Shown piece by piece: positions 17,275 to 27,589 of a stretch of 49,992 bases of DNA. A program made the position numbers and the translations under genes. The stretch's first letter is position 1. Each line of letters opens with the position of its first letter. Under the pieces are notes generated by a model. That model did not search any database. It saw only the letters and a program-made list of their open reading frames with translations, and was not told the DNA's origin. This stretch comes from Candidatus Hadarchaeota archaeon (GTDB lineage: Archaea; Hadarchaeota; Hadarchaeia; Hadarchaeales; JAGGTB01), in the NCBI GenBank assembly GCA_964384105.1, contig CAYLJV010000007.1:1-49992 (forward strand). The letters are read 5' to 3'.

Positions 17275-20200
17275 TCAAGCTTTTTTCAAGTGGACATCGA
17301 ACTTGGCCCCGCCAAGTTCCGAATCTTTTACTTCAACACTGCCACCGTAAGATTCAGCAATTGTTTTAACAAGAAAGAGTCCCAAACCAGATCCCGTGGA
17401 CTCGCTATCCTTGGATCCCCTCTCAAATATTTTATCCTTTATATTCTTAGGAACACCTTTTCCATCATCTTCAATAGTACATATTATCTCTTCTTTTGAT
17501 TCCCTACCCATTATTCTGATTCTACTTCCCTCTGAGTGCTGTATCGAGTTGTTTATTAAATTCATAAAGAGTTCATCAAGTAATGGTCCCCCTTTGATTT
17601 TAGAGTCAAATTTTTGACAGTCCATTTCTATCTCTATGTTATTTTCGAGAGCTCTTGACCGGCATTTCTCGATTGCATCTTCCACGAGAGAACCAATTTC
17701 CATGGTTCCAACTTTTTCCTTCTCGATTTCTCTTAGCATTCTCACTTTGTCTATTATCTCAATTCCTTCTTGACCACTTTTTTTGGCCTTTCCTAGATAT
17801 TGGCGAACATCTTTCGGAAGATCAAATTCTTCTATCAGTTCTAAGTAACCCTGTACAATCTGAATTTTGTTCCCTAGATTGTGCCTAAGAAGGGAATGTA
17901 GGAATTCTTCTCGATCTTCAATCTTTTTTTGTTCTGTTATATCTCGGCCTATTGTGATCAACCCGATTGTTTTTCCTTCTTCGTCTTCCATATTTCTTAT
18001 ATTCCAGGAGATAGTTCTTTTTTCTCCATCTTTTGTTTTTATCATTGTTTCATAATTCTCTAGATATCCTCTTTCATCCATAATTCGATCCATGTCCTCC
18101 AAAATTTTATTTCGATATTTTTTATCAGGGTACAATAACTCCCAGATCTTATCTTGGTGAATGATTTCATCTTTTGAATACCCACTGATCTTCTCCGCAG
18201 CTTTGTTGAAAACTAGAACATTTCCATTTTTATCAAAGACATCTAGCCATACGTTTGCGTTTTCAATGATGCTTTCTCTGAATCGACTGAGGGACTTAAT
18301 TTTTTCTTCGTTTCTTTTTTCCTTAGTGATATCCAAAGCGTGTTCTACTGCTCCGATTATATCCCCTTCTTCGTTTTTAATGGGGTCGCCTTTGGTTTTC
18401 CAGGTCTTTCTATCGTTTGAAGTAATTTCGGCTTCTTCTGTTTCTCCTGTTTTTAATACCTTTTCTATAGGGCACTTCTGACAAGGTTCGGAAAGGCCTC
18501 GCCAGATTTCGTAGCACTTTTGACCCACCAAATCCTTTGGGTCTTTACCAATTGCTTTTCCATATGCTTTGTTTGCCCATACTATGCGATGATTTTTATC
18601 GTGGTATGCTATCATTTCTGATATGTTATTGAGAATAACGGACTTCTCTTTTTCTGATTTTCTAAGTTTCATTTCTGCCTCTTTACGATCTGTAATGTCT
18701 CTGGCGATTCCTTGAATTGCATAAGGTTTTCCATCACTGTACAGGAGAGAGGCTTTTGTCTCAACCCAAATGGTCTTTTCATCTTTCCTCTTCAGTTTAA
18801 ACTCAGAGATTTCCTTCTGTGTACCTGTTTCTAACAACTCTTCTAATACTTTCTGGGCTTTCGGAAACTGATCTTCAGTTAACAGGTCTTTGAAAGATAG
18901 TGATTGAATTTCTTCTTTGGAATAGCCCAAAATCTCCAACGCTGCAGGATTCGCATCGATGAAGTTACCCTCAAAATCGTGAACATAAATTCCATCAAGT
19001 GATCGTTCGTAGAGAGAATTGTATCTCTCGCTTAGTTCTTCCAATTCTTTTTCTCGCTCCTTCCGATCAGTGATATCTCTCGCTACGCTGAGTATCGCGG
19101 GTTCTCCTTGGTATTCTATCAAGCTTGAGCTTATTTCCACTGGGATCTCCTTGCCATCCTTCGTTAAATGAACGGATTCGAAAACGAGATTTTCATCAAC
19201 TTCGATCTCCTGAATCTTGTCTTTGACTTTTTCACCGTATTTCGGGGCGTCTATTTCAGCTGGACCCATTGAGAGAATTTCTTCTCTTGAGTATCCGAGT
19301 CGCTCCACAGCTTTGTCGTTGACCTCCAGAAAGTTCCCCTCGAGATTATGAACGAAAACAGCATCATTCATTCCGTCGATTAATTGTTTGTATTCTTCTC
19401 TAGATCGCTCTAATTCCTTTTCCTTCTTCTTACGTTTTGTAATATTTTTACCCCCAGCAACTAAAGAGACAACTTTTTCTTTTTTGTCTCTGACAGGCCT
19501 CAGGGAGAAGTCGACTGTGATAATTTCTTTATTCTTCCCTTCGTGAGTTGCCTCAAAGCTCACATACTCGCCTGTTGTTGCTTTAGAAATCGCCTCTTTG
19601 AGACGTTCTTGAAGCTCTTTCGAGTGAGTCCACCAAGAAGTTTTCCAGAACTTTTTTCCTTTGACGTCTTCCTCCTTTGCTCCGATAAAGTTCAGAGCTG
19701 CTTGGTTGGCGGAGATAAGTACACCCTCTGGGTCTAATATTCCGAGAAAATAATTTGGATCATTATAGATTGCCTCGAACCTGCGATTGCTTCTCTCTAG
19801 ACTTTCTCTGGTCTCCATTAACTCGGTAACATCCTGTACGTAGTAGACGAAGGCCTCGACTTCACCGTCCTCATCTAGAATTGGTGAGGCTGTAGCAAAC
19901 CAGTGTCTCCCTTTCTCCTTGAACTCTCCTGTAGCCATTGACTTGGTTTCTATGGCTTTTTCACATGGACACTCGTCTATCGGTCCATCACGGTCGTGAA
20001 CGACTTCGTAACATTTTTTACCTTTTAACTCCTCTGCTTTCATTCCGAGCACTTCGGCACCCGCTTGATTGATTCTAATAAATTCGTGATCAGGAGTCAA
20101 TAGAGCTGCTATTCCAGGAAGGGAATTAACCGTTACCTTCCATTCTTTTCTGATTTTATTCTTTTCTTTTTTCGTCCTGTAGTGAGTTCCTTCTTGGGCA

Positions 20201-20562
20201 ATTGCAATTGCTAAAACACCGTATTGAGATCTGGGGTCGCCGCCCTTCTGCAGGTAGCGATCAGCCCCTTGGTTCAATGCCTCCATTGCTACTTCTTCGC
20301 GACCCTTACCAGTGAACATGATAAATGGAACATCATTCTGTTTCTCCTTTCTCAAAATTTTCAAGAAACTGAGACCATCTATTTCAGGCATTTGATAGTC
20401 TGAGACTACAACGTCGTAATCCTCTTCTTCGAGCATTTTTAGAGCTTTTTCGGCAGAATTTATGGTTTCGACTTCTAATTCGCTTTTTTCTTTCTCTAGA
20501 AAGATCTTCGCCTGTTCCAGTAAATCCGGCTCATCATCGATGAAAAGAACTTTCATAATCAC
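17275..20562 (-). CDS. Hybrid REC-multiPAS histidine kinase
   Basis: REC (IDDE, SDYQMP, FTGKG), about six PAS/PAC repeats, LLRHNLGNK, NLINNS, EDDGKG, GSGLGL. Confidence 0.93.
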   Translation of the reverse strand: MIMKVLFIDDEPDLLEQAKIFLEKEKSELEVETINSAEKALKMLEEEDYDVVVSDYQMPEIDGLSFLKILRKEKQNDVPFIMFTGKGREEVAMEALNQGADRYLQKGGDPRSQYGVLAIAIAQEGTHYRTKKEKNKIRKEWKVTVNSLPGIAALLTPDHEFIRINQAGAEVLGMKAEELKGKKCYEVVHDRDGPIDECPCEKAIETKSMATGEFKEKGRHWFATASPILDEDGEVEAFVYYVQDVTELMETRESLERSNRRFEAIYNDPNYFLGILDPEGVLISANQAALNFIGAKEEDVKGKKFWKTSWWTHSKELQERLKEAISKATTGEYVSFEATHEGKNKEIITVDFSLRPVRDKKEKVVSLVAGGKNITKRKKKEKELERSREEYKQLIDGMNDAVFVHNLEGNFLEVNDKAVERLGYSREEILSMGPAEIDAPKYGEKVKDKIQEIEVDENLVFESVHLTKDGKEIPVEISSSLIEYQGEPAILSVARDITDRKEREKELEELSERYNSLYERSLDGIYVHDFEGNFIDANPAALEILGYSKEEIQSLSFKDLLTEDQFPKAQKVLEELLETGTQKEISEFKLKRKDEKTIWVETKASLLYSDGKPYAIQGIARDITDRKEAEMKLRKSEKEKSVILNNISEMIAYHDKNHRIVWANKAYGKAIGKDPKDLVGQKCYEIWRGLSEPCQKCPIEKVLKTGETEEAEITSNDRKTWKTKGDPIKNEEGDIIGAVEHALDITKEKRNEEKIKSLSRFRESIIENANVWLDVFDKNGNVLVFNKAAEKISGYSKDEIIHQDKIWELLYPDKKYRNKILEDMDRIMDERGYLENYETMIKTKDGEKRTISWNIRNMEDEEGKTIGLITIGRDITEQKKIEDREEFLHSLLRHNLGNKIQIVQGYLELIEEFDLPKDVRQYLGKAKKSGQEGIEIIDKVRMLREIEKEKVGTMEIGSLVEDAIEKCRSRALENNIEIEMDCQKFDSKIKGGPLLDELFMNLINNSIQHSEGSRIRIMGRESKEEIICTIEDDGKGVPKNIKDKIFERGSKDSESTGSGLGLFLVKTIAESYGGSVEVKDSELGGAKFDVHLKKA

Positions 20563-20931
20563 TTGAAATCCATCTTATATTCTATTAGTGATAATTAAAA
20601 ATAGAATTGGAAATTTGCCCAATTTTTACGATTCACGCTTGACTAGTAGATTTGAGCCGGAAATGAAAGCAGCCTTACAGAACTGGAAGAACCAATCAAC
20701 TGTATTTCAGAAAAATCTTTTTCGCTCTATTTACAAAATAAAAAGAAATAGAGGTTTCTTTTCTGCTTAAAACTAGTAATTAGAATTTTTTCTTCTTTTT
20801 TAAGGTTTATTTTACTCTAAATCCCACATAGATGTTTTTCCGGAGTTTGGGTCATGCGAATGTCTAAGTATTAAGTGTGGGAATATTGAAGTTTAGATAG
20901 TTTTAACTTTACAACCAAGGTTAAGTAAATC

Positions 20932-21661
20932 ATGAGAATACTCCTTGTTGATGATGAGCCCGACATATTAGAGCAGGCTAAAATTTTCCTTGAAAAAGAA
21001 GGGGATAAGCTAATTATAGATACTATTTCTTCTGCAGTGGAAGCTCTTGAGTTGTTAGAGGTCAATCATTACGATTGTGTAGTTTCTGATTATCAGATGC
21101 CCGAGATGGATGGTCTCAGCTTCCTTAAATTATGAGAAGAGAAAAGCAGAACGATATCCCTTTCATAATGTTCACTGGTAAGGGCAGGGAGTATGTGGTG
21201 ATGAAATCACTTAATCTCGGGGCTAATCAGTACTTACAGAAGGGTGGTGATCTCAAATCTCAATATGGACTATTAATGAACTCTATATTTCAGGAGGTGG
21301 AGAGAAATCTCTTAAAGAAGGAATTGAAATGTAGATTAGATTTCGAAAAGGTAATTTCTAATATTTCCACCCACTTTGTTGAGTATGCGGTGAATCTTTC
21401 TCTCGAGGAGATTGGGGAGTTGAGTGGAGCGAGTCGAATGATGAGGTCGTCTGTACTGTAGAGGATGATGGTAAGGGAATTCTAGAGGGTATCAGGGGGA
21501 AGGTCTTTTGTAGAGGATTCAAGAACGGGGAGACTGCAGGGTCTGGTTTGGGATTGTTTTTGGTAAAGACTATAGCCGAAAGTTGTGGTGGTAGTGTAGA
21601 AGTAATGACTTCTGAACTCGGCGGAGCTCGTTTTGACGTCCATTTGAAGAAGGCGGGATAG
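20932..21661 (+). pseudogene. Decayed REC-kinase: frameshifted REC joined to an HATPase tail by an internal deletion
   Basis: REC split at about 21132; later frame reads VCTVEDDGKG...GSGLGLFLVKTIAE...ELGGARFDVHLKKAG*. Confidence 0.85.
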
Positions 21662-21777
21662 TATTTGACTATTTCATATCATTTTGAAGTTTTTACCATT
21701 TTCAAGCAGATAAAAGGATCGGAGGTCGGTTTTTTCCATATGAATTTAATAGATAATTCTTTTAGATTAATTAAAGG

Positions 21778-22053
21778 ATGTTCTGGATTTTTGAGAAAGG
21801 TGAAATCTTTCTCCTTGCTGGTGGGATAATTGTTTTAATCTTCATTTATAAAAGCCGGCCAGAATTGGAGTTACTCCCAGATTTTAGCCTTTTTATCAGT
21901 AGTTTTTTCACCTTTTTTTCAGGATGGGTATTTACGGTTGTTGAGGGCCTGGCTTTCGTGGGTTTTTTTAATTTCCTTGAGCATACTTTCTACTTTATTG
22001 GATCTTTGCTGCTGGCCATCTGGGTTTACAGAGTATTTTTGAGGGAGAGATAA
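21778..22053 (+). CDS. Small three-TM membrane protein upstream of the kinase
   Basis: Hydrophobic, FNFLEH; ends 4 bp before the kinase gene. Confidence 0.7.
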   Translation: MFWIFEKGEIFLLAGGIIVLIFIYKSRPELELLPDFSLFISSFFTFFSGWVFTVVEGLAFVGFFNFLEHTFYFIGSLLLAIWVYRVFLRER

Positions 22054-22057
22054 AGGT

Positions 22058-23389
22058 ATGCAAGCTTTTCAGGTACTTGATTTTTTTAGCTTTTTTTTGG
22101 TTGTAGGATCCTTTGTCGTTCTATATTTGGGCCAAAGGGGTGCTGTGAGTAAAGACGAGAGGTTACTGCTTTTTGGACTCCTTTTTGTTACCTTCTTTCA
22201 TGTTGTAAGCGATATTTTAGAATGGTCTTTTAATGTTGGTTGGATTGATAATTTTGCCGACTATACGCGGATATTACAGCCAGTGTTTTTTGGTTTTTTC
22301 TTATTTTCTCATATTAGATCAGTTGAAATATCCAAACTAAAGGATGCTGAGAAAGAGGTTCGAGAACTCAGCCGATTTCGAGAGAGGATTATTCAGGATG
22401 CGGCTATCTGGCTGAGCGTTCTTGACAAGAAAGCAAACGTGTTGGTTTGGAATAAGGCGGCTGAAGAAATCAGCGGGTACTCGGAGGGGGATGTTTTGGG
22501 ACACGACAAAATATGGGAGTGGTTATATCCCGATGAAAGTTATCGTCGGGGAGTTATGAGAAAAGTGGCGGATATTCTCAAGGGGAAAAAGATGGAAAGT
22601 TACGAGACGGTGATTCGATGCAAAGACGATGAAAAGAAGGTGATCTCTTGGACTTCTCACCCTCTGAAAAATGAGAATGGTGAAATAACGGGTTCTATAG
22701 CTTTGGGTCGAGATATTACTGAGCAGAAAGAAGCAGAGGAGAGAAAGGACTTTCTGAATACCCTTCTCAGACAGGACGTGAGAAGCAAATGTCAGACCGT
22801 TCAGGGATATCTTCAACTGCTCGAACATTCAGATCTTACAGAAGAACAGAGAAAATACATGACGAAATCTGTTGGGACCGGTAGGGAAGCCCAAGAAATA
22901 TTAGGCCTGGCTGAAAGACTCGAGGAGATAGAGAAATCAGACTGGATCGCTGAAAAAGATGTTTTGAAAGTTCTTGAACATGTTATTAGAGACATTTCTG
23001 ATCTGTTCGATAGGGTGAGAGTTGAACTTGAGAAGAATTACCATGAAGGTGTGGGAAGAGTCGAGGGTGATTACTCGCTGGAAATTTTATTCTCACAGAT
23101 TCTGAAGACCCGAATTCAGACTTCTGATTCCGATAAAATTAGAGTAAGTGTGGAAGAGGAAAAGGAGAAGGTTCTGGTAAGCATTGAGGACAACGGTGAG
23201 AAATTGTCTGAGGATATAAAAATTTTATTTACAGGCGAAGCTTATACTGGATCTACCTCAGGATCGGGCGGGGTGAGATATTATATGATTAAACAAATAT
23301 CGGAACACAATAATATAGAGATCGAGGCTAAAGATTCCGAACTTGGTGGAGCTAGATTTGACGTCTATCTGAGGAAGGCTTTGAAATAA
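22058..23389 (+). CDS. Membrane PAS histidine-kinase homolog, predicted catalytically dead
   Basis: TM region, PAS, H-box LLRQDV, degenerate N and G boxes. Confidence 0.85.
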   Translation: MQAFQVLDFFSFFLVVGSFVVLYLGQRGAVSKDERLLLFGLLFVTFFHVVSDILEWSFNVGWIDNFADYTRILQPVFFGFFLFSHIRSVEISKLKDAEKEVRELSRFRERIIQDAAIWLSVLDKKANVLVWNKAAEEISGYSEGDVLGHDKIWEWLYPDESYRRGVMRKVADILKGKKMESYETVIRCKDDEKKVISWTSHPLKNENGEITGSIALGRDITEQKEAEERKDFLNTLLRQDVRSKCQTVQGYLQLLEHSDLTEEQRKYMTKSVGTGREAQEILGLAERLEEIEKSDWIAEKDVLKVLEHVIRDISDLFDRVRVELEKNYHEGVGRVEGDYSLEILFSQILKTRIQTSDSDKIRVSVEEEKEKVLVSIEDNGEKLSEDIKILFTGEAYTGSTSGSGGVRYYMIKQISEHNNIEIEAKDSELGGARFDVYLRKALK

Positions 23390-23548
23390 AACCAGTAAAT
23401 CTCAATGAAATTTTTTGGATTTTACCACGAGAATATAGAGATTTCTCGTGGCTGATTTTTGTCTCACTTCTTTTTGCGATTTATTTTCCGTTTTTGATGG
23501 GAGGTCTGTAGAACATCGAGTTCTAATTTGCTCGTCCTAGTTTTTTAT

Positions 23549-23576
23549 TTAGTTTGTTACACCTGTATCAAAAAAT
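23549..23576. other. dif-like 11-6-11 site
   Basis: TTAGTTTGTTA CACCTG TATCAAAAAAT. Confidence 0.65.
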
Positions 23577-23650
23577 CTGAAAATTAATCAGTTTAATAGG
23601 CTTGCTGACATCTTTTTAATTGGCCGATACAAGTTGGTGAGAGTCCTAAA

Positions 23651-24226
23651 ATGAAATTCTTAGATAGATCAACAATTCAAATAGATCGCGAGCTTTCGGA
23701 GCTAGATCGTTTTTCTTTAGATTTCGTCAATATATTGAAAAAACATACAGATTATGCTGTTGTAAGTGGGTATGTTGCGATTCTTCTTGGGAGGGCTCGT
23801 GCCAGTGAGGATATCGATGTTATTATTCCAAAAATTGATTTTTCCGCGTTTCAGTCCTTTTACAATGATTTGAAGGAAAACGCTTTTTATTGCCTCAATG
23901 CGTCGGAAGACACGATTATCTTTGATTACATGAAAAGCGGTTCTGCAGTAAGATTTGCCAAAGAAGGTCAGGTAATCCCTAACGTTGAGTTGAAACGGGC
24001 CAAGAATAGGTTCGATAGAATATCTCTCGAAAAAAAGATTACCGTGAACTTGCCTAAGGGGGAAATCTTTATCGGGCCTCTCGATTTACAGATAGCTTTT
24101 AAGGAGGAGGTTCTAAAGACCCCGAAAGATCTGGAGGACGCGTCCCATATCCGTGACGTTGCCCGAGAATACTTGAATGAGGGGTCGATTAGGAAATATA
24201 GGAGGATGTTGCGTGACTTTTACTGA
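23651..24226 (+). CDS. Nucleotidyltransferase-fold protein (putative TA component)
   Basis: VVSGYVAILLGRARASEDIDVI, IAFKEEVLKTPKDLED. Confidence 0.75.
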   Translation: MKFLDRSTIQIDRELSELDRFSLDFVNILKKHTDYAVVSGYVAILLGRARASEDIDVIIPKIDFSAFQSFYNDLKENAFYCLNASEDTIIFDYMKSGSAVRFAKEGQVIPNVELKRAKNRFDRISLEKKITVNLPKGEIFIGPLDLQIAFKEEVLKTPKDLEDASHIRDVAREYLNEGSIRKYRRMLRDFY

Positions 24227-24404
24227 AGATAATCAGAGAGATAGAATGGATTTTGTTCATAAATGGGCTAAGTTTGTTCGCGAGCACCCGGACGAGGAAT
24301 GGTCCAGGCAACAGAACGTTATAATTAACTCCTCTCTGAAATCTGCGAATATGTCCAGGGAGAAATTTTTTGAGATGAAGGGCGAGGATAACTATGAGAA
24401 GTAA
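24213..24404 (+). CDS. Small partner protein of the NTase
   Basis: GTG start after GGAGG; overlaps the NTase 3' end; RMDFVHKWAKFVREHPDEEWSRQQNVIINS. Confidence 0.6.
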   Translation: MTFTEDNQRDRMDFVHKWAKFVREHPDEEWSRQQNVIINSSLKSANMSREKFFEMKGEDNYEK

Positions 24405-24627
24405 ATAATTAGGTTAAGTTTCGGTTTCAGCATCTCAATGTTTTTTGAAGTGAGGTATAATTTCAGATTTGAAATTTTTTCAGATAGTTGCATGGCTTTT
24501 GATTCTGTTCGCTAGCAGTAATTCCATTGGCTTATCGAACTAATTTTAGGATGAATTGGAGTCTCGCTTTTATAGTAAAGAGTAAAATATATATTTTCTC
24601 AATTTTTTCGGACTCGTGGAGATGCTT

Positions 24628-24744
24628 ATGAAATGCCCGAATTGTGGAGAAGAAATGCAGGAGGTAGCGGAGGACTGGCCGGATGATAATTGGTATTTTT
24701 GCCCGAAATGTACTCATACGGAAAAGATAAAGGAAAACAGTTGA
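24628..24744 (+). CDS. 38-aa CPxCG zinc-finger microprotein (absent from ORF track)
   Basis: MKCPNCGEEMQEVAEDWPDDNWYFCPKCTHTEKIKENS; GGAGA RBS upstream; paralog at 17025. Confidence 0.8.
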   Translation: MKCPNCGEEMQEVAEDWPDDNWYFCPKCTHTEKIKENS

Positions 24745-24796
24745 AGGAAAGATTTACTATTGGAGTAGGTTACTCCGAAGGAGACCTATGGATTTT

Positions 24797-27121
24797 CTAA
24801 ATCTTCTTCAAATGGACGTCTAACCGGGCCCCACCCAATTCAGAGTCCCTCACTTTTACTGAACCTCTGTAGTTTTCAGCTATCTTTTTAACCAGATACA
24901 GTCCAAGTCCCGAATTTCCAGCCTCTCCTTTTCTGTAACCTTTTTTGAAGATCTTTTCTCTATCCTCTTTTGGAATTCCACAACCATCGTCTTCGACTGT
25001 AACGATACACTCACCCTCCTGTTCGTGGCTATGAATTCTGATCTTTTTGCATCCTGAGTGTCTGATCGCGTTCTCTAAAATGTTCGAAAACAGTTCCTCC
25101 AGTAGTGGACCTCCCCTTACCTTATGTCCGTGATCTTGGCAGTTTAATTCGACATTGGCTTCAGTTAGCTGATCTTTGTGCTCTTTGATTACGTTCTCGA
25201 CTACCTCTCGGAGTTCAACCTCACCGATCTCCGTTTCTTTTTCAATACCCCTTAGTTTTCTCACTTTTTCAATAATTTCCACGGCCTCTTCACAGACTTT
25301 TTCCATTTTCTCGACGTAATCTTTGGTCTTCTCTGGCAGGTCTTCCTTTTGGAGAAGCTCTAGGTACCCTCTCGCTATCTGTGCCTTGTTTTTGACGTCG
25401 TGTCGTAAAAGGGAGTGAAGGAACTCCTCTTTTTCCTCCGATCTCTTTTGATTGGTAATGTCTCGTGCTATTACCAGGACCTCTTCAGGCTTCTCGGAAT
25501 CTGTAACTGAAATCGGTTTGGAGCTTGCCTTGACGGGGAAAACAGTTCTGTCCTTTCTCAAACCCTTCGTTTCAACATGATAAACCGAAAGATCTCCAGA
25601 TTTCCTGTTTTTCTCGATTTCTTTGATCTTATCGATCTCATCATCCGGGATTATCTCGTAAAGGCTCATTCCGATGAGTTCTCCGACTTCGTAACCCAGT
25701 TGTTCCGCTGCGCTGTTGTTCGCGTAGGTAATTTCAGCTTCACCAATGTCGTGTGTCAATATTATTTCATCGGCAGCTTCCGTCAGTGTACGGTACCTCT
25801 TTTTGTTCTTTCTGAGTTTTTCCCTTGTCTCGATAAGCTGTTCGAACGTTCTCGATTTTAATATGGCCTGAGATGCAAAGTCTGCAAAGATCATAAGAGA
25901 AGTGTGGTTTCGTTCTTTCCTTTCTTCTGGGAAAAGGTAACCTAAAATTCCCACTAGTTCCCCCTCGTTGTTTAGCAGAGGGATCGCTATGATCTCCTCT
26001 ATCTCTGTGACTTCTTCAATTGATCTACATGTTTTCTCGTCGAACATTCCGAAGGTGTATTCTTGAAATCCGTCAAGGGCCACTGGTTCTTTTTCCTTCT
26101 TTTCAGAAAACTTTTTGAATCTGGGAGCTCCCTCGACGTTAAATTCTATCTCAAAAAGGTTCTCCGCTCCTAAAATATTGGAAATACTGTCGGTAATTGA
26201 GGGACTCTCACCTGAAACCGCCTTGACCTTCACAGTCTTCTTTTCCTCGTCGTACAAAGACAGTATCACAAATTTTGCTTTTGACACTTTCCTGGCATTA
26301 TCGACTATCTTTTGGAATAAGTCTTCTGAACCTATCTGAGATATCATAGCTGAGGTGGCATTACGAACGGTTTCTTCTGTTATTCTTCTTTCCGAAATGT
26401 TTCGAGCTACACAGAGTGCTGCGGCAGTCCCCCGGTATTTAATCGAGCTGCAACTTACTTCCACTGGAATTCTTTCGCCGTCGCTTGGTACTTGTTCACA
26501 TTGGAAAATTATTTCTTTGCTTTCCTCGGTGTTTCCTCTTTTGATTAAGTCCTGAATTCTTTCTATCTTGTTCACCTGGTCGTCCGCTAAGATATCTTGG
26601 ACCCCCATTTTCAATAGCTCTTCCTTGGAGTATCCAAGTTGCCCGTAAGCAGCGCTGTTCACGTCGAGAAGATTTAGGTTTGAATCGCACACGAAAACAA
26701 CGTCTGATATGCCTTCGAAAAGATTCTGGTAGTTTTCCTCTGCGTGGCGATGCCCAATCTCACGAACTACGGCATCGGCGAGCATACCGTAAAGCGTTCT
26801 GGGATCATCACCCTTCTGAAAGTATCTGTTGGCCCCGAGGTTTAGAGCTTCCATCGCGACTTCTTCTCTACCTCTGCCGGTAAACATTATGAATGGGATA
26901 TTATTGTCCTGGTCTCTAAGCTTTTTTAGGAACTTCAGCCCGTTCATCTCCGGCATCTGATAGTTAGAGATAATCGCTTCTACCTCGTTCGACTTTACCA
27001 TCTCCAGGGCTTCGGGCGGAGAAGTGGTAGTGACAACGTCAAGCTGATCCTTTTCTTTTTCGAGAAAGATTTTCGCTTGTTCTAGGATATCAGGTTCGTC
27101 GTCGACAAGTAGGACCTTCAT
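24797..27121 (-). CDS. Hybrid REC-PAS-GAF-PAS histidine kinase
   Basis: Likely start MKVLLVDDEP at 27121; LLRHDVKNK, NILENA, EDDGCG, GLGL; receiver reads SNYQMP. Confidence 0.92.
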   Translation of the reverse strand: MKVLLVDDEPDILEQAKIFLEKEKDQLDVVTTTSPPEALEMVKSNEVEAIISNYQMPEMNGLKFLKKLRDQDNNIPFIMFTGRGREEVAMEALNLGANRYFQKGDDPRTLYGMLADAVVREIGHRHAEENYQNLFEGISDVVFVCDSNLNLLDVNSAAYGQLGYSKEELLKMGVQDILADDQVNKIERIQDLIKRGNTEESKEIIFQCEQVPSDGERIPVEVSCSSIKYRGTAAALCVARNISERRITEETVRNATSAMISQIGSEDLFQKIVDNARKVSKAKFVILSLYDEEKKTVKVKAVSGESPSITDSISNILGAENLFEIEFNVEGAPRFKKFSEKKEKEPVALDGFQEYTFGMFDEKTCRSIEEVTEIEEIIAIPLLNNEGELVGILGYLFPEERKERNHTSLMIFADFASQAILKSRTFEQLIETREKLRKNKKRYRTLTEAADEIILTHDIGEAEITYANNSAAEQLGYEVGELIGMSLYEIIPDDEIDKIKEIEKNRKSGDLSVYHVETKGLRKDRTVFPVKASSKPISVTDSEKPEEVLVIARDITNQKRSEEKEEFLHSLLRHDVKNKAQIARGYLELLQKEDLPEKTKDYVEKMEKVCEEAVEIIEKVRKLRGIEKETEIGEVELREVVENVIKEHKDQLTEANVELNCQDHGHKVRGGPLLEELFSNILENAIRHSGCKKIRIHSHEQEGECIVTVEDDGCGIPKEDREKIFKKGYRKGEAGNSGLGLYLVKKIAENYRGSVKVRDSELGGARLDVHLKKI

Positions 27122-27334
27122 AGCTTTTAATATATTGCAGATTGCTAGATAAAAATCTCCTGAATAATGTTTAAATCGGATAGTCCTGCCTTTTGACATT
27201 CGACCAAAGTTGTGCTGTCGGGCGTGTTTGTTTTTGGAGGTGCCAAAAAAGCTATCACGCGTTAATTCTTCTGAAAAACGTCTTCTTTTTGTTCACTTCT
27301 TTAAAAGGGGCCCCCGAAATCGACAGAGGAGCTT

Positions 27335-27589
27335 TTGAAGATAGTTTTTTCGCAACATTCGCAGAAAAAACTTCAGATTATTGAACAGCACGGGTTTAGC
27401 CTGACGAAAAGCCAGATTGTGGATGTGGTCTTGAACCTGGATAGTGATGTGGAATGTAAGGAGGGGAGAAGAGTCTGTCAGAAAGTACTGGATAGTGAGC
27501 ACGTATTAAGGGTGATATAAGAGGAGCAGCAAAACCATAAGCGAATCATAACCGTTTATCCTGCGAGGAGAGAAAGGTATGAAGTTTGA
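27335..27589 (+). pseudogene. DUF4258-like (RelE/BrnT-fold) toxin with an internal TAA
   Basis: ...HVLRVI*EEQQNHKRIITVYPARRERYEV; stop at 27518-27520. Confidence 0.75.
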
